NCBI GenBank assembly: GCA_030539115.1
Contig: JAUNSR010000018.1
Span: 885 to 64,884 of the forward strand
DNA: 64,000 nt
Reading direction: 5' to 3'
Origin: Bacteroidales bacterium
GTDB taxonomy: Bacteria; Bacteroidota; Bacteroidia; Bacteroidales; JAUNSR01
Part shown: in pieces, positions 10,114 to 19,925 of the stretch
Position numbering within the stretch: position 1 is the first letter of the stretch
Layout: each line of letters begins with the position of its first letter
Position numbers and translations under genes: made by a program
Notes under the pieces: model-generated
What the model was told of the DNA's origin: nothing
The model's database searches: none
The model's input: only the letters and a program-made list of their open reading frames with translations

Positions 10114-10554
10114 ATGTTACACACTTGGTTTGAATGTAAGGTCCGTTATGATAAAACTCTTGAAAATGGGATGCAAAAAAAAGTAAATGAACCTTATCTT
10201 GTAGATGCTTTGTCTTTCACAGAAGCAGAAGCTCGAATAATTAAAGAGATCACACCATTCATCACCGGAGAATTTGAAATTGCGAATATCAAGAAAGCAA
10301 AAATCAATGAAATGTTTTTTGATGACAGCGCCGACAAATGGTATAAGGCTAAAGTAAACTTTATTACTCTTGACGAGAAAAGCGGAATGGAAAAGAAAAC
10401 TGCAAGCAATATGATGGTGCAGGCTTCTGATTTTCAAAAGGCTGTTGAAGCTCTTGTAAAAGGTATGCTTGGAACTTTGGCAGACTACGAAATTGCAACT
10501 ATTACAGAGACTACAATTATGGATGTCTATCCATACCAGCCTGAGGAGGAGTAA
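10114..10554 (+). CDS. DUF4494 domain protein
   Basis: 146 aa. WFECKVRYDKT.ENGMQKKV.EPYLVDALSFTEAEARI and FITLDEKSG.EKKT match my recollection of this Bacteroidota-specific family. Confidence 0.75.
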   Translation: MLHTWFECKVRYDKTLENGMQKKVNEPYLVDALSFTEAEARIIKEITPFITGEFEIANIKKAKINEMFFDDSADKWYKAKVNFITLDEKSGMEKKTASNMMVQASDFQKAVEALVKGMLGTLADYEIATITETTIMDVYPYQPEEE

Positions 10555-10555
10555 A

Positions 10556-11233
10556 ATGGACAATTCTATTGAAAGCAATTTGTTTGAAATAAGAAAGACT
10601 ATTCCAAATTCCGTAAAGCTTGTCGCAGTTTCCAAATTCCACCCTGCAGCCTCTATAACAGAAGCTTACAATATTGGGCAAAGAGTTTTCGGAGAAAGTA
10701 AAGTCCAAGAACTCACAGCTAAACAAGAGGTCCTTCCAAAAGACATTGAATGGCATTTTATCGGACATCTTCAAAGCAATAAGGTAAAATTTATCACCCC
10801 ATTTATTTCTCTTATCCACAGCGTCGACTCTTTAAAATTGCTTGAAGAGATTAATAAATGTGCTAAAAAGGATAACCGAATTATCGATGTTCTTTTACAA
10901 ATTCATATTGCAAAAGAACAGACCAAATTTGGATTCTCTCCCAAAGAATGTATCCGAACCTTAAACTCCATTTCTTTGTCTGATTTTTCAAATATAAGAA
11001 TTGTGGGATTAATGGGAATGGCAACTTTCACAGATGATGAAAATGAGATACGAAGAGAATTTAAAACTCTCACATCTCTTTTCAACGAGCTTAAGGGAAC
11101 CATATTTTCGACCTCTGCAGATTTTAAAGAATTATCTTTTGGCATGAGTGACGATTATCTGATCGCTATTGAAGAGGGTTCAACAATGGTAAGAGTCGGC
11201 AGCAAGATTTTTGGAGAAAGAAATTATCAATAA
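10556..11233 (+). CDS. yggS: YggS family pyridoxal-phosphate homeostasis protein
   Basis: Track ORF 10469-11233 trimmed to the ATG at 10556, 1 nt after the upstream stop. VAVSKF (PLP lysine), HFIGHLQSNK and GMSDDY..AIE.GST.VR.G motifs. Confidence 0.9.
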   Translation: MDNSIESNLFEIRKTIPNSVKLVAVSKFHPAASITEAYNIGQRVFGESKVQELTAKQEVLPKDIEWHFIGHLQSNKVKFITPFISLIHSVDSLKLLEEINKCAKKDNRIIDVLLQIHIAKEQTKFGFSPKECIRTLNSISLSDFSNIRIVGLMGMATFTDDENEIRREFKTLTSLFNELKGTIFSTSADFKELSFGMSDDYLIAIEEGSTMVRVGSKIFGERNYQ

Positions 11234-11726
11234 TAATTATCCTCACTCACATTGTTTTTTAAAATCAGATCTTTTTACAGACAGCCTTTCTAAGATTAAA
11301 AACAGTCTAAGACTCATTTAATTTATTCTGAAAGGTTAAGAATAAATACCACATTAAAATTATTTAATATTTTAATTTTCAAGTGAACGATAGATAGAAA
11401 GTGGCGTTATTTATTTATAAAGATCATCTCATAATACGGTAAGTTCACTTTTATATTGAGCCAAATAATCAATATGACTACCTGTGAAGATTTTATATTT
11501 TTTTCTTAGTATCACTCATTTTATTTTGTTTTGAGTTTTATGAGTGATACTATTTTTTCTCACTTTTACTTAATTGTTATTTATTCTAACATCGAGAGTT
11601 AGATGTAATTTATTTGTTATTTGCTTATTTTACAATAACAATCATCGATTCATTAATTTTGCTCATCATTTTTTTTATTTAAATTAAGTAAGACAAATGT
11701 GTAACTTAAGTATGATGTTATACTAT

Positions 11727-11794
11727 CTTAAGTAACATATTAATCTATCTCAAGTATCTTAAACGTGTTACTTAAGTTACATATTAATGTATCT
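11727..11794. repeat. Two 24-bp direct repeats (11727-11750 and 11771-11794, 22/24 identical) around CTTAAG
   Basis: cttaagtaacatattaatctatct versus cttaagttacatattaatgtatct. In addition, gtaacttaagta (11701-11712) is a perfect inverted copy of 11769-11780. Confidence 0.8.
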
Positions 11795-12066
11795 AAAGTT
11801 ATTTAAATAAATTGAAAGGCATAATTTTAAAATCATTGGTCAAAAATTAAAATAGACTGATCAACTTCTAATAATTCGGTTAAACAACCGTGCAGTGCAG
11901 TTAGTAATTGCCTAATCATTGTCAACACAATCGTACAATAAATATTCCTTGAACTATAAATTTTTTAAAGTTCAACCTAAATAAAGATTGTTCGTTAATA
12001 TATAAGGATATCATTATTTATGAGATTTTAGAACATAAAGAAATAAACTATATAAAAACGACAATT

Positions 12067-13059
12067 ATGAAAAAGATTAGTCTAAAGACAAGATTCGGAG
12101 GCTTGGAGCTTGAAAATCCTATTATCGTTTCAAGTTCGGGACTAACAGATTCGGTTGAAAAAATAACAAGACTTGAGAACTGCAGTGCCGGTGCAATTGT
12201 TTTGAAATCTCTTTTTGAGGAGCAAATAATGCTTCGTGTAGCCAAAGAACTTCCAAACAATGAGTTTGTACATCCCGAGGAATATGATTTCCTAAGAAAT
12301 TTTATTACAAACGATGCTCTTCAGCAATATTTAAGTCTTATTAAAGAGGCCAAAGCCGTTGTAAAGATTCCTATTATAGCAAGTATAAATTGTTACAGCG
12401 AAAAGGGATGGACGGATTTTGCACAAAATATAGAGAAAGCCGGAGCTGATGCCTTAGAAATAAATATTATGAGCATCAATACCGACAAAGAACTTAAATA
12501 TGGAAAAACAGAGACTCTTTATATTGATATTTTATCGGATTTAAGAAAAAGACTTAAAATCCCGGTTATAATGAAAATGGGAAGACATCATGACAACTTA
12601 ATCGGACTTCTTGTGCAACTGCAGCACAACAATGCCAACGGGGTTGTGCTTTTCAATCGGACATATTCTCCGGATATAGATTTAAAAAAGATGATTTTCA
12701 CTCACAGATCTGTACTTTCATGTCCTGAATCATTTGGAGAGACACTTAGATGGACCGGACTTGCATCAGGTTTCGTTCCGGAGCTTGAACTTTGCTCATC
12801 AGGTGGAATAAACAGTGGTGATGATGTTATAAAATCTCTTCTGACAGGAGCAGCTGCAGTTGAAATATGTTCTTTAATATACAGAGAGGGACCTGAAATT
12901 ATTCCTGTTTTATTATCAAATCTTATAGAATGGATGAGAAATTCAGGTTTTGAATCAATAAAACAATTTAAAGGCAATATGAATTACAAAGCCGATTGTG
13001 ATGAGAATGCATATTTAAGGACTCAGTTTATGAAATATTTCTCACAATATAATAAGTAG
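12067..13059 (+). CDS. Dihydroorotate dehydrogenase-like TIM-barrel flavoprotein (class 1 DHOD / PreA-like)
   Basis: N-terminus F.GLELENPIIVSSSGLT and C-terminal SSGGI..G.D..K.L..GA.AV..CS resemble the DHOD family. Confidence 0.7.
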   Translation: MKKISLKTRFGGLELENPIIVSSSGLTDSVEKITRLENCSAGAIVLKSLFEEQIMLRVAKELPNNEFVHPEEYDFLRNFITNDALQQYLSLIKEAKAVVKIPIIASINCYSEKGWTDFAQNIEKAGADALEINIMSINTDKELKYGKTETLYIDILSDLRKRLKIPVIMKMGRHHDNLIGLLVQLQHNNANGVVLFNRTYSPDIDLKKMIFTHRSVLSCPESFGETLRWTGLASGFVPELELCSSGGINSGDDVIKSLLTGAAAVEICSLIYREGPEIIPVLLSNLIEWMRNSGFESIKQFKGNMNYKADCDENAYLRTQFMKYFSQYNK

Positions 13060-13147
13060 TTCTTATATTTAAATTCATATAAAAACAGAGAGCGTCCTAA
13101 ATCAAGAAAATAATTAGTGAGCCTGAATTCATCATTTAGCTCAAACC

Positions 13148-13199
13148 CTTATCCCTGACAAAAGACTTAAAATAATTAATGTTTTTTGTGAGGGATAAG
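13148..13199 (+). terminator. Long hairpin, probable terminator of the DHOD-like gene
   Basis: 17-nt arms cttatccctgacaaaag / tttttgtgagggataag (one mismatch, one G.U), followed by a T-rich tract. Confidence 0.55.
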
Positions 13200-13419
13200 T
13201 GTTTTATGATTTTTATTTATAATCAATGGTTTATTGAGATATGTCAAATACCAAGACATAAAAAAATAGATTTAAAATATATTACAATTTTGCAACAAGA
13301 CCTTTTTTAATTATTTTCGGGGCATGAACATAAATAAATGATTTATCAATTGCTTGTTTTGACCAAAATAATTTATCTTTAAAAAGATTTTGGTTAAACC
13401 TTGATTTTTGTGTTCAACT

Positions 13420-13459
13420 ACACATATCCAAAGAGAGAGTACACTCTTAAGATATGTGT
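13420..13459 (+). promoter_or_regulatory. 16-bp imperfect inverted repeat abutting a -7 box upstream of galM (operator or attenuator candidate)
   Basis: acacatatccaaagag-N8-ctcttaagatatgtgt (14/16 paired). It is immediately followed by TATTTTTG (13460-13467, TAnnTTTG), 37 nt before the galM ATG. Confidence 0.4.
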
Positions 13460-13504
13460 TATTTTTGGATATGGAAATAAATAATTAATGAAAAACACAA
13501 GCTT

Positions 13505-14596
13505 ATGGTGCGTGATAACTTTTCAAAAGAAAACATTTCAGGATTAGATCCTAAGAAATTCCAGAAAAATGTGGATGGCAAAGAAACCGAACTTTTTGTT
13601 CTTAAAAACAAAAACGGAATGGAGATTTGCACTTCAAATTATGGAGCAATTGTAATGTCTATAATGACTCCCGACAAGAACGGTAAATATGCAAATGTTG
13701 TGTTAGGTCATGACTCTATAGACAATTTGATTAAAAGCCCTGAACCGTATCTCGGTTCTACTGTGGGCAGATATGGCAATCGTATCGCCAAGGGTAAGTT
13801 TACTCTTGATGGAAAAGAGTATACGCTGGCTATTAACAATGGCCCTAATTCACTTCACGGTGGATTAAAAGGCTTTAACAAAGTTGTTTGGGATGCATAT
13901 CAAAAAGATGCGGCAACAGTTGAATTTAAATACACATCGGTTGATGGTGAAGAGGGATTCCCCGGCAATCTATCGATTGTTATGACCTATACTTTAACCG
14001 ACGATAATGAATTTAAGATTGATTATCTTGCACAAACGGATGCACCTACTTTGGTTAATCTTACCAATCATGCATTTTTCAATCTTGCAGGCATAAAAAA
14101 TCCTTCTCCTTCAGTTGAAAACAATATTGTAACTATCAATGCTGATTTCTATACTCCTATTGATGAAGTTTCTATTCCAACAGGAGAGATCCGTTACGTA
14201 GAGGGAACTCCAATGGATTTCAGAACACCTCATGTAGTTGGTGAAAGAATAAACAGCAAGGATGACCAGATAGTATTTGGTGCCGGATATGACCACTGCT
14301 ATGTTTTAAATAAAAAAGAGCCCGGTGAATTGTCTTTTGCAGCTGAATGTGTAGAGCCTGAAAGTGGAAGGAAACTTGAAGTATATACAACTGAACCGGG
14401 AGTTCAAATCTATACAGGTAATTGGCTTAACGGTTTTGACGGTGCCCATGGAGCAACTTTCCCTGCAAGAAGTGCTATTTGTTTTGAAGCTCAAAAGTTT
14501 CCTGACACTCCTAACAAGCCTCATTTCCCAAGTTGTGAGCTTCGTGCGGGAGAAAAATATACACAAACCACTATTTATAAATTTGGACTTAAATAA
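13505..14596 (+). CDS. galM: Aldose 1-epimerase (galactose mutarotase)
   Basis: 363 aa with GR..NRI..G.F...G..Y.L..N.G.N.LHGG and TNH.FFNL motifs. It shares a cluster with galK. Confidence 0.92.
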   Translation: MVRDNFSKENISGLDPKKFQKNVDGKETELFVLKNKNGMEICTSNYGAIVMSIMTPDKNGKYANVVLGHDSIDNLIKSPEPYLGSTVGRYGNRIAKGKFTLDGKEYTLAINNGPNSLHGGLKGFNKVVWDAYQKDAATVEFKYTSVDGEEGFPGNLSIVMTYTLTDDNEFKIDYLAQTDAPTLVNLTNHAFFNLAGIKNPSPSVENNIVTINADFYTPIDEVSIPTGEIRYVEGTPMDFRTPHVVGERINSKDDQIVFGAGYDHCYVLNKKEPGELSFAAECVEPESGRKLEVYTTEPGVQIYTGNWLNGFDGAHGATFPARSAICFEAQKFPDTPNKPHFPSCELRAGEKYTQTTIYKFGLK

Positions 14597-14748
14597 AGCT
14601 AGTCCCTATTCTTAGATATTAATTTTTTGAAATAAAAAAGATTTTTTCAAGGGATAATTTTTTAAACAAAATCTCTTGAATTAATTGGATTTAATAAATA
14701 AAAAACAAAATCAAATAAAAATCAATCATTATTAACAACTTAAAAACA

Positions 14749-16038
14749 ATGGAATCAACACAGAAAAAAAACTATGCTTTGCCAATTGCAATGATGTTTG
14801 CTCTATTCTTTATGATCTCATTTGTTACAGGATTGCAGAATCCTATGGCAATTATCGTAAAGGGTCAGTTTGGTGCAAGTAACTTTATGTCACAGCTTGG
14901 AAATGCCGCCAACTTTATTGCTTATGCAGTAATGGGTATTCCAGCAGGTATTTTACTACAGAAAATCGGATACAAGAAAACAGCTCTTGCTGCTATCGTT
15001 GTAGGTTTCTGCGGTGTAGGTATCTCTTATCTTTCAGGACAAGTAAGCAGCTTTGCTGTTTATCTTATCGGAGCTTTCGTATCAGGTTTCTCAATGTGTA
15101 TGCTTAACACAGTAGTTAACCCAATGTTGAACACTCTTGGTGGTGGCGGTAACCTTGGAAACCGTTTGATCCAATTTGGTGGTTCTATCAACTCTATTGG
15201 TGCAACTATCGTTCCTGTATTTGCAGGTTACCTTATCGGAACAGTAACACAACAAACTGCAATCAGCGATGCAAACCCTGCATTATTCCTTGCAATGGGT
15301 ATCTTTGTTTTGGCATTCATCGTATTGTTCTCTATGAACATTCCTGAGCCAAATGTAGAACAAAAAGAAAAACCAGAAGTAAAAGACACTCACAGTGCAC
15401 TTTCTTTCCGCCACTTTATCTTAGGAATTATCTGTATCTTCATCTATGTAGGTGTAGAGGTTGGTATTCCTAACTTTGCAAATCTATTCATGACTACAGG
15501 AGCTGAAGAGGGTGGTTTAGGAATTGATACAACAATTGCAGGCTCTGTAGTTGGAACATATTGGTTCTTAATGCTTATCGGACGTTTAACAGGAGCATCT
15601 GTAGGAGCTAAAGTATCAAGTAAAGCTATGTTAAGTGTAGTATCTACAATTGGTTTGGCATTTGTAGCCTTGGCTATCTTCTTGCCTGAAACAACAATTG
15701 TAAGCATGCCTGTATTCCAATCAGATATCTCTTTCGGTCTTGCACAAGTTCCGGTTGGAGTTATGCTTTTGATTCTTTGCGGTCTATGTACATCTATTAT
15801 GTGGGGTGCAATCTTTAACCTTGCAGTAGAAGGATTAGGAAAATATACAGCAATGGCTTCAGGTATCTTCATGGTAATGGTTTGCGGTGGAGGTCTTCTT
15901 CCTCTATTCCAAGGATGGGTAGCAGACTTTGCAGGATTTATGAACAGCTATTGGGTAATCTTTGCCGGTTTAGCATATATGTTATTCTATGCTCTTGTAG
16001 GATGCAAAAATGTTAACAAAAACATTCCGACTGAATAA
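14749..16038 (+). CDS. MFS sugar:H+ symporter of the FucP / glucose-galactose (GluP) family
   Basis: 429 aa with about 12 hydrophobic segments and a FucP-family-like N-terminus (FF..SFVTGL..P). It lies between galM and galK. Confidence 0.85.
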   Translation: MESTQKKNYALPIAMMFALFFMISFVTGLQNPMAIIVKGQFGASNFMSQLGNAANFIAYAVMGIPAGILLQKIGYKKTALAAIVVGFCGVGISYLSGQVSSFAVYLIGAFVSGFSMCMLNTVVNPMLNTLGGGGNLGNRLIQFGGSINSIGATIVPVFAGYLIGTVTQQTAISDANPALFLAMGIFVLAFIVLFSMNIPEPNVEQKEKPEVKDTHSALSFRHFILGIICIFIYVGVEVGIPNFANLFMTTGAEEGGLGIDTTIAGSVVGTYWFLMLIGRLTGASVGAKVSSKAMLSVVSTIGLAFVALAIFLPETTIVSMPVFQSDISFGLAQVPVGVMLLILCGLCTSIMWGAIFNLAVEGLGKYTAMASGIFMVMVCGGGLLPLFQGWVADFAGFMNSYWVIFAGLAYMLFYALVGCKNVNKNIPTE

Positions 16039-16062
16039 CTTTTAAATAAAACAACAATTTAA

Positions 16063-16113
16063 GAGGCTGTCTCAAACAAAGAACTCAATCTCTGTGTTAG
16101 ACAGTCTCTTTTT
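16063..16113 (+). terminator. Hairpin plus T-tract between the permease gene and galK (partial terminator?)
   Basis: gaggctgtct-N26-agacagtctc (10 bp with one G.U), followed by ttttt. Confidence 0.5.
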
Positions 16114-16141
16114 ATTAATAAACCTCATAATAATTAACAAT

Positions 16142-17293
16142 ATGGAAATGGAACATGTAAGAAGTCGTTTTATCAAACACTTCAATGGAGAAACAGGTTC
16201 AGTTTATGCATCTCCGGGCCGTATCAATCTTATCGGAGAACATACTGACTACAACGGTGGATTCGTTTTCCCGGGTGCTGTAGATAAAGGTATGATTGCA
16301 GAAATCAAACTTAACGGCACTGATAAAGTTCGTGCTTATTCTATAGATTTAAAAGATTATGTTGAATTTGGTTTGAATGAAGAGGATGCTCCTCATGCAA
16401 GCTGGGCAAAATATATTTTTGGTGTTTGCCGTGAAATAATCAAACGTGGATATAAAATAGGAGGTTTTGATACTGCCTTTGCAGGCGATGTACCTCTTGG
16501 TGCAGGAATGTCATCTTCTGCAGCTCTTGAAAGCACTTTTGCTTTTGCTCTTAACGACATGTTTAATCTTGGCATTGACAAATTCGAACTTGCCCGCATA
16601 GGTCAGTCTACAGAGCACAACTATTGTGGAGTGATGTGTGGAATCATGGATCAGTTTGCCTCTGTATTTGGAAAAGAGGGAAGCCTTATGCGTCTTGACT
16701 GCCGCTCTATGGAATATGAATATTTTCCATTCCATCCGAAAGGCTATCGTCTTGTTTTGATCGACTCAGTTGTAAAACACGTTCTTGTAGATTCTCCTTA
16801 CAACAAACGTCGTCAAAGCTGCGAAAGAGCAGTTGCCGCCATACAAAAGAATCATCCTCATGTTGAGTTTCTTCGTGATGCAACAATGGATATGCTTAAC
16901 GAAGTTAAAGCAGAAATTTCTGCCGAAGACTATATGCGTGCAGAATATGTTATTGGTGAGGTTCAACGCGTTTTGAACGTTTGTGATGCTCTTGAAAAAG
17001 ATGATTACGAAACTGTTGGTAAAAACATGTATGAAACACATGCAGGAATGAGCAAACTTTATGAAGTTAGCTGTGAAGAGCTCGATTTCTTAAATGATAT
17101 AGCTAAAGAATGCGGCGTTACTGGTTCAAGAATCATGGGCGGCGGCTTTGGCGGCTGTACTATCAATCTTGTAAAAGATGAGATTTATGATAAATTCATC
17201 GAGACAGCTCTTGCAAAATACAAAGAAAAATATGGCAAAACAGCAAAAGTATATGCTGTTAAAATCAGTGATGGTTCACGTCGCTTAGCCTAA
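16142..17293 (+). CDS. galK: Galactokinase
   Basis: Track ORF trimmed to the ATG at 16142 (MEMEHVRSRF...). Galactokinase signature GRINLIGEHTDYNGG and GHMP motif PLGAGMSSSAALE. Confidence 0.95.
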   Translation: MEMEHVRSRFIKHFNGETGSVYASPGRINLIGEHTDYNGGFVFPGAVDKGMIAEIKLNGTDKVRAYSIDLKDYVEFGLNEEDAPHASWAKYIFGVCREIIKRGYKIGGFDTAFAGDVPLGAGMSSSAALESTFAFALNDMFNLGIDKFELARIGQSTEHNYCGVMCGIMDQFASVFGKEGSLMRLDCRSMEYEYFPFHPKGYRLVLIDSVVKHVLVDSPYNKRRQSCERAVAAIQKNHPHVEFLRDATMDMLNEVKAEISAEDYMRAEYVIGEVQRVLNVCDALEKDDYETVGKNMYETHAGMSKLYEVSCEELDFLNDIAKECGVTGSRIMGGGFGGCTINLVKDEIYDKFIETALAKYKEKYGKTAKVYAVKISDGSRRLA

Positions 17294-17412
17294 TTTTAGA
17301 AATAGACTGTTATAATTTATTTTTTTATAAAAACATCTGTTTTTTGTTCCCGACTGTTTTTACAGCAGATGAACATTACAGGATATTCAAATAAATATAA
17401 ATTATAGAATTT

Positions 17413-17468
17413 TGCCATTTAGATTTGATTAGTTTTTTAAACTAAATCCTTTCTAAATGGCATTTTTT
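17413..17468 (+). terminator. Intrinsic terminator after galK
   Basis: tgccatttaga...tctaaatggca (11 bp, with inner ttagttt/aaactaa pairing), followed by T6. Confidence 0.7.
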
Positions 17469-17808
17469 ATTAAATAATACTTAGACTAAGAACAAATAAC
17501 CGGTGGCGTGGGTATATATTGTGGAAAGTAATGTGGACTTTATAAGGGTAAAACTTATCTTTGCATAAGCAAATTTAAAGTTTTAGATAATATTTTTATA
17601 TTATCATTTTATTGGTCACATTATCAGAAATAAATTAATACCCGGGATATATTTCTTTATTAAATATTTATATGTAGTTTTTTCATATTTCTCTATTAGC
17701 ATAAGTTGTTTTTAACACAATAAAATTTAATATTTTTTTATTACACTAATAATAAAGAGATTAGAATAGGGAGAGAAATTATTACTAAGATTTTAATAAA
17801 GAATGTTA

Positions 17809-17816
17809 TATCTTTG
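17809..17816 (+). promoter_or_regulatory. Candidate -7 box (TATCTTTG) for tkt
   Basis: TAnnTTTG match ending 18 nt before the tkt ATG at 17835. Confidence 0.35.
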
Positions 17817-17834
17817 AGGAAATTATCATACTTC

Positions 17835-19871
17835 ATGGACAAGATAACTTCTTTAAACAAGGCAGCGGATAATATCCGTATTTTGGCAGCCGCAATGGTT
17901 GAAAAAGCTAAATCAGGGCATCCGGGTGGTGCCATGGGTGGTGCGGATTTCACAAACATCCTTTATTCAAAATTTTTAGTTTACGATCCTACCGATCCGA
18001 CATGGATTAATCGTGACCGTTTCTTTATGGATCCGGGACACATGTCTCCAATGTTGTATTCTGTACTTGCATGTGCAGGTTTTTACAGTATGGAAGACCT
18101 TAAAAACTTTCGTCAATGGGGAAGTGTTACTCCAGGTCACCCGGAAGTAGACGTAAAAAGAGGAGTTGAAAATACATCCGGACCTCTTGGTCAGGGTCAT
18201 ACTATGGCTGTAGGGGCTGCAATTGCAGAAAGATTTCTTGCAGCAAGATTCGGCGAATGGATGAGCCATTATATTTACTCTTTTATCTCTGACGGAGGTA
18301 TTCAAGAGGAGATTTCACAGGGAGCAGGCCGTATAGCAGGATATCTTGGATTGAATAATCTTATCATGTTTTACGACAGCAACAACATTCAGCTCTCAAC
18401 TGACACCGAAGCTGTAACTACAGAAAACACTGCTAAAAAATATGAGTCTTGGGGCTGGAATGTGATCACAATAGATGGCAATGATGCCAATGCTATTATC
18501 AATGCAATTGAATCTGCTCACAAAGAGGAAAAACGTCCTACTATAATAATCGGAAACACTATTATGGGTAAAGGCGCAAAAGGTGAAAACAATGAGTCTT
18601 TCGAAAAGAAATGTTCAACTCATGGACAACCTTTAAGTGCAGCGGGAGCCTCTTTTGCTAAGACTATTGAAAACCTTGGCGGAAATCCTGAAAATCCTTT
18701 TGAAATTTTCACTCAGACAAAGGAACTTTACAACAACCGTCGTGAAGAACTAATAAAGATAGCTGCTGAGAGAAAAGCTAAACAAGCTAAATGGGCAAAA
18801 GAAAATCCTGAGTCGGCTCTTAAACTTGAGCAATTCTTCAGTGGAAAAGCTCCTGTGATTGACTATGCTTCAATAGCTCAAAAGCCTAATCAGGCTACAA
18901 GAAATGCTTCAGCAACTGTGCTTGGAGTATTTGCAAAACAAATAGAAAACATGGTTGTTTCCTCTGCCGACCTTGCCAATTCGGACAAGACCGACGGATT
19001 TCTTAAAAACACCCACTCTTTCAAATATCAAGATTTTACAGGCGCATTCTTCCAAGCCGGAGTCTGCGAATTGTCTATGGCTGCCATCATGAACGGTATG
19101 GCTCTTCATGGAGGCGTTATTCCTGCCTGCGGAACATTCTTTGTATTCTCTGATTATGAGAAACCTGCTATTCGTATCTCAGCTTTAATGGAACAGCCAA
19201 CCAAATTTATTTGGAGTCATGATGCATTCCGCGTTGGAGAGGATGGTCCAACTCATCAACCTATTGAACAAGAGGCTCAGATTCGTCTTCTTGAACAATT
19301 AAAGAATCATAGCGGTAAAAATTCAATGCTCGTTCTTCGCCCTGCTGACAGTGCAGAAACAACAGTAGCATGGAAAATGGCAATGGAAAACAATGATTCT
19401 CCAACAGGACTTATTCTTTCAAGACAAAACGTAAAAGACCTTCCTGCTGCCTCCGGCAACAGATACCAAGAGGCTCTTCAGGCTCAAAAAGGTGCTTATA
19501 TTATAATGAAAGATGAAAATCCGGATGTTATTCTTGTTGCGAATGGCTCTGAAGTTGCAACTCTCGTTGACGGAGCGGCTCTATTAAAAGAAAGAAACGG
19601 TATTAAAGTTCAGATTGTTTCAGCTCCTTCAATAGGCTTGTTCCTTAACCAAAGCGCAGAATATCGCTATTCTGTTATTCCATCTGATAAGCCTATATTT
19701 GGTCTTACAGCAGGACTTCCTTCAACCCTAACTCCTCTTGTTGGTGCTAATGGAAAAATTTGGGGATTAGATCATTTCGGATATTCAGCTCCTTACACTC
19801 GTCTTGACGAAGAGTTTGGATTTACAGCTGAGAATGTCTACAAACAAGTGACTGAGCTATTAAACAAATAA
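17835..19871 (+). CDS. tkt: Transketolase
   Basis: Trimmed to the ATG at 17835 (MDKITSLNKAADNIR...). SGHPGG, the TPP-binding GDG-type region (SDGGIQEG) and the EDGPTHQPIE motif. Confidence 0.95.
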   Translation: MDKITSLNKAADNIRILAAAMVEKAKSGHPGGAMGGADFTNILYSKFLVYDPTDPTWINRDRFFMDPGHMSPMLYSVLACAGFYSMEDLKNFRQWGSVTPGHPEVDVKRGVENTSGPLGQGHTMAVGAAIAERFLAARFGEWMSHYIYSFISDGGIQEEISQGAGRIAGYLGLNNLIMFYDSNNIQLSTDTEAVTTENTAKKYESWGWNVITIDGNDANAIINAIESAHKEEKRPTIIIGNTIMGKGAKGENNESFEKKCSTHGQPLSAAGASFAKTIENLGGNPENPFEIFTQTKELYNNRREELIKIAAERKAKQAKWAKENPESALKLEQFFSGKAPVIDYASIAQKPNQATRNASATVLGVFAKQIENMVVSSADLANSDKTDGFLKNTHSFKYQDFTGAFFQAGVCELSMAAIMNGMALHGGVIPACGTFFVFSDYEKPAIRISALMEQPTKFIWSHDAFRVGEDGPTHQPIEQEAQIRLLEQLKNHSGKNSMLVLRPADSAETTVAWKMAMENNDSPTGLILSRQNVKDLPAASGNRYQEALQAQKGAYIIMKDENPDVILVANGSEVATLVDGAALLKERNGIKVQIVSAPSIGLFLNQSAEYRYSVIPSDKPIFGLTAGLPSTLTPLVGANGKIWGLDHFGYSAPYTRLDEEFGFTAENVYKQVTELLNK

Positions 19872-19879
19872 TATTAATC

Positions 19880-19920
19880 AACTTACTCTTGTCATAATTA
19901 CAAGGGTAAGTTAATTTTTT
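19880..19920 (+). terminator. Intercistronic hairpin plus T-tract between tkt and rpiB
   Basis: aacttactcttgt-cataatt-acaagggtaagtt (13 bp with one G.U), then aatttttt. It ends 6 nt before the rpiB ATG. Confidence 0.45.
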
Positions 19921-19925
19921 AATAT

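Noticed and set aside
10117-10635. 172-aa minus-strand ORF antisense to the DUF4494 gene and the yggS start. Similar long antisense ORFs lie at 20872-21480, 37586-38131, 15444-15872 and 26767-27156.
   Set aside because: All are fully embedded opposite strongly supported genes. All are rich in F, S, C and L as expected for antisense frames, and none has independent start or terminator signals.
10812-10820. DnaA-box-like TTATCCACA
   Set aside because: It is a single copy inside the yggS coding sequence, with no cluster, no AT-rich unwinding element arrangement and no dnaA nearby.
17556-17573. A possible third locus of the 84-bp family upstream of tkt (atctttgcataag, 13/13 identical to the unit head)
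   Set aside because: Only the head containing the -7 box is shared. The conserved GCTGCGCCTCATCAAT segment, the hairpin and TTCGGCTT are absent. This is most simply a similar promoter or a chance match.
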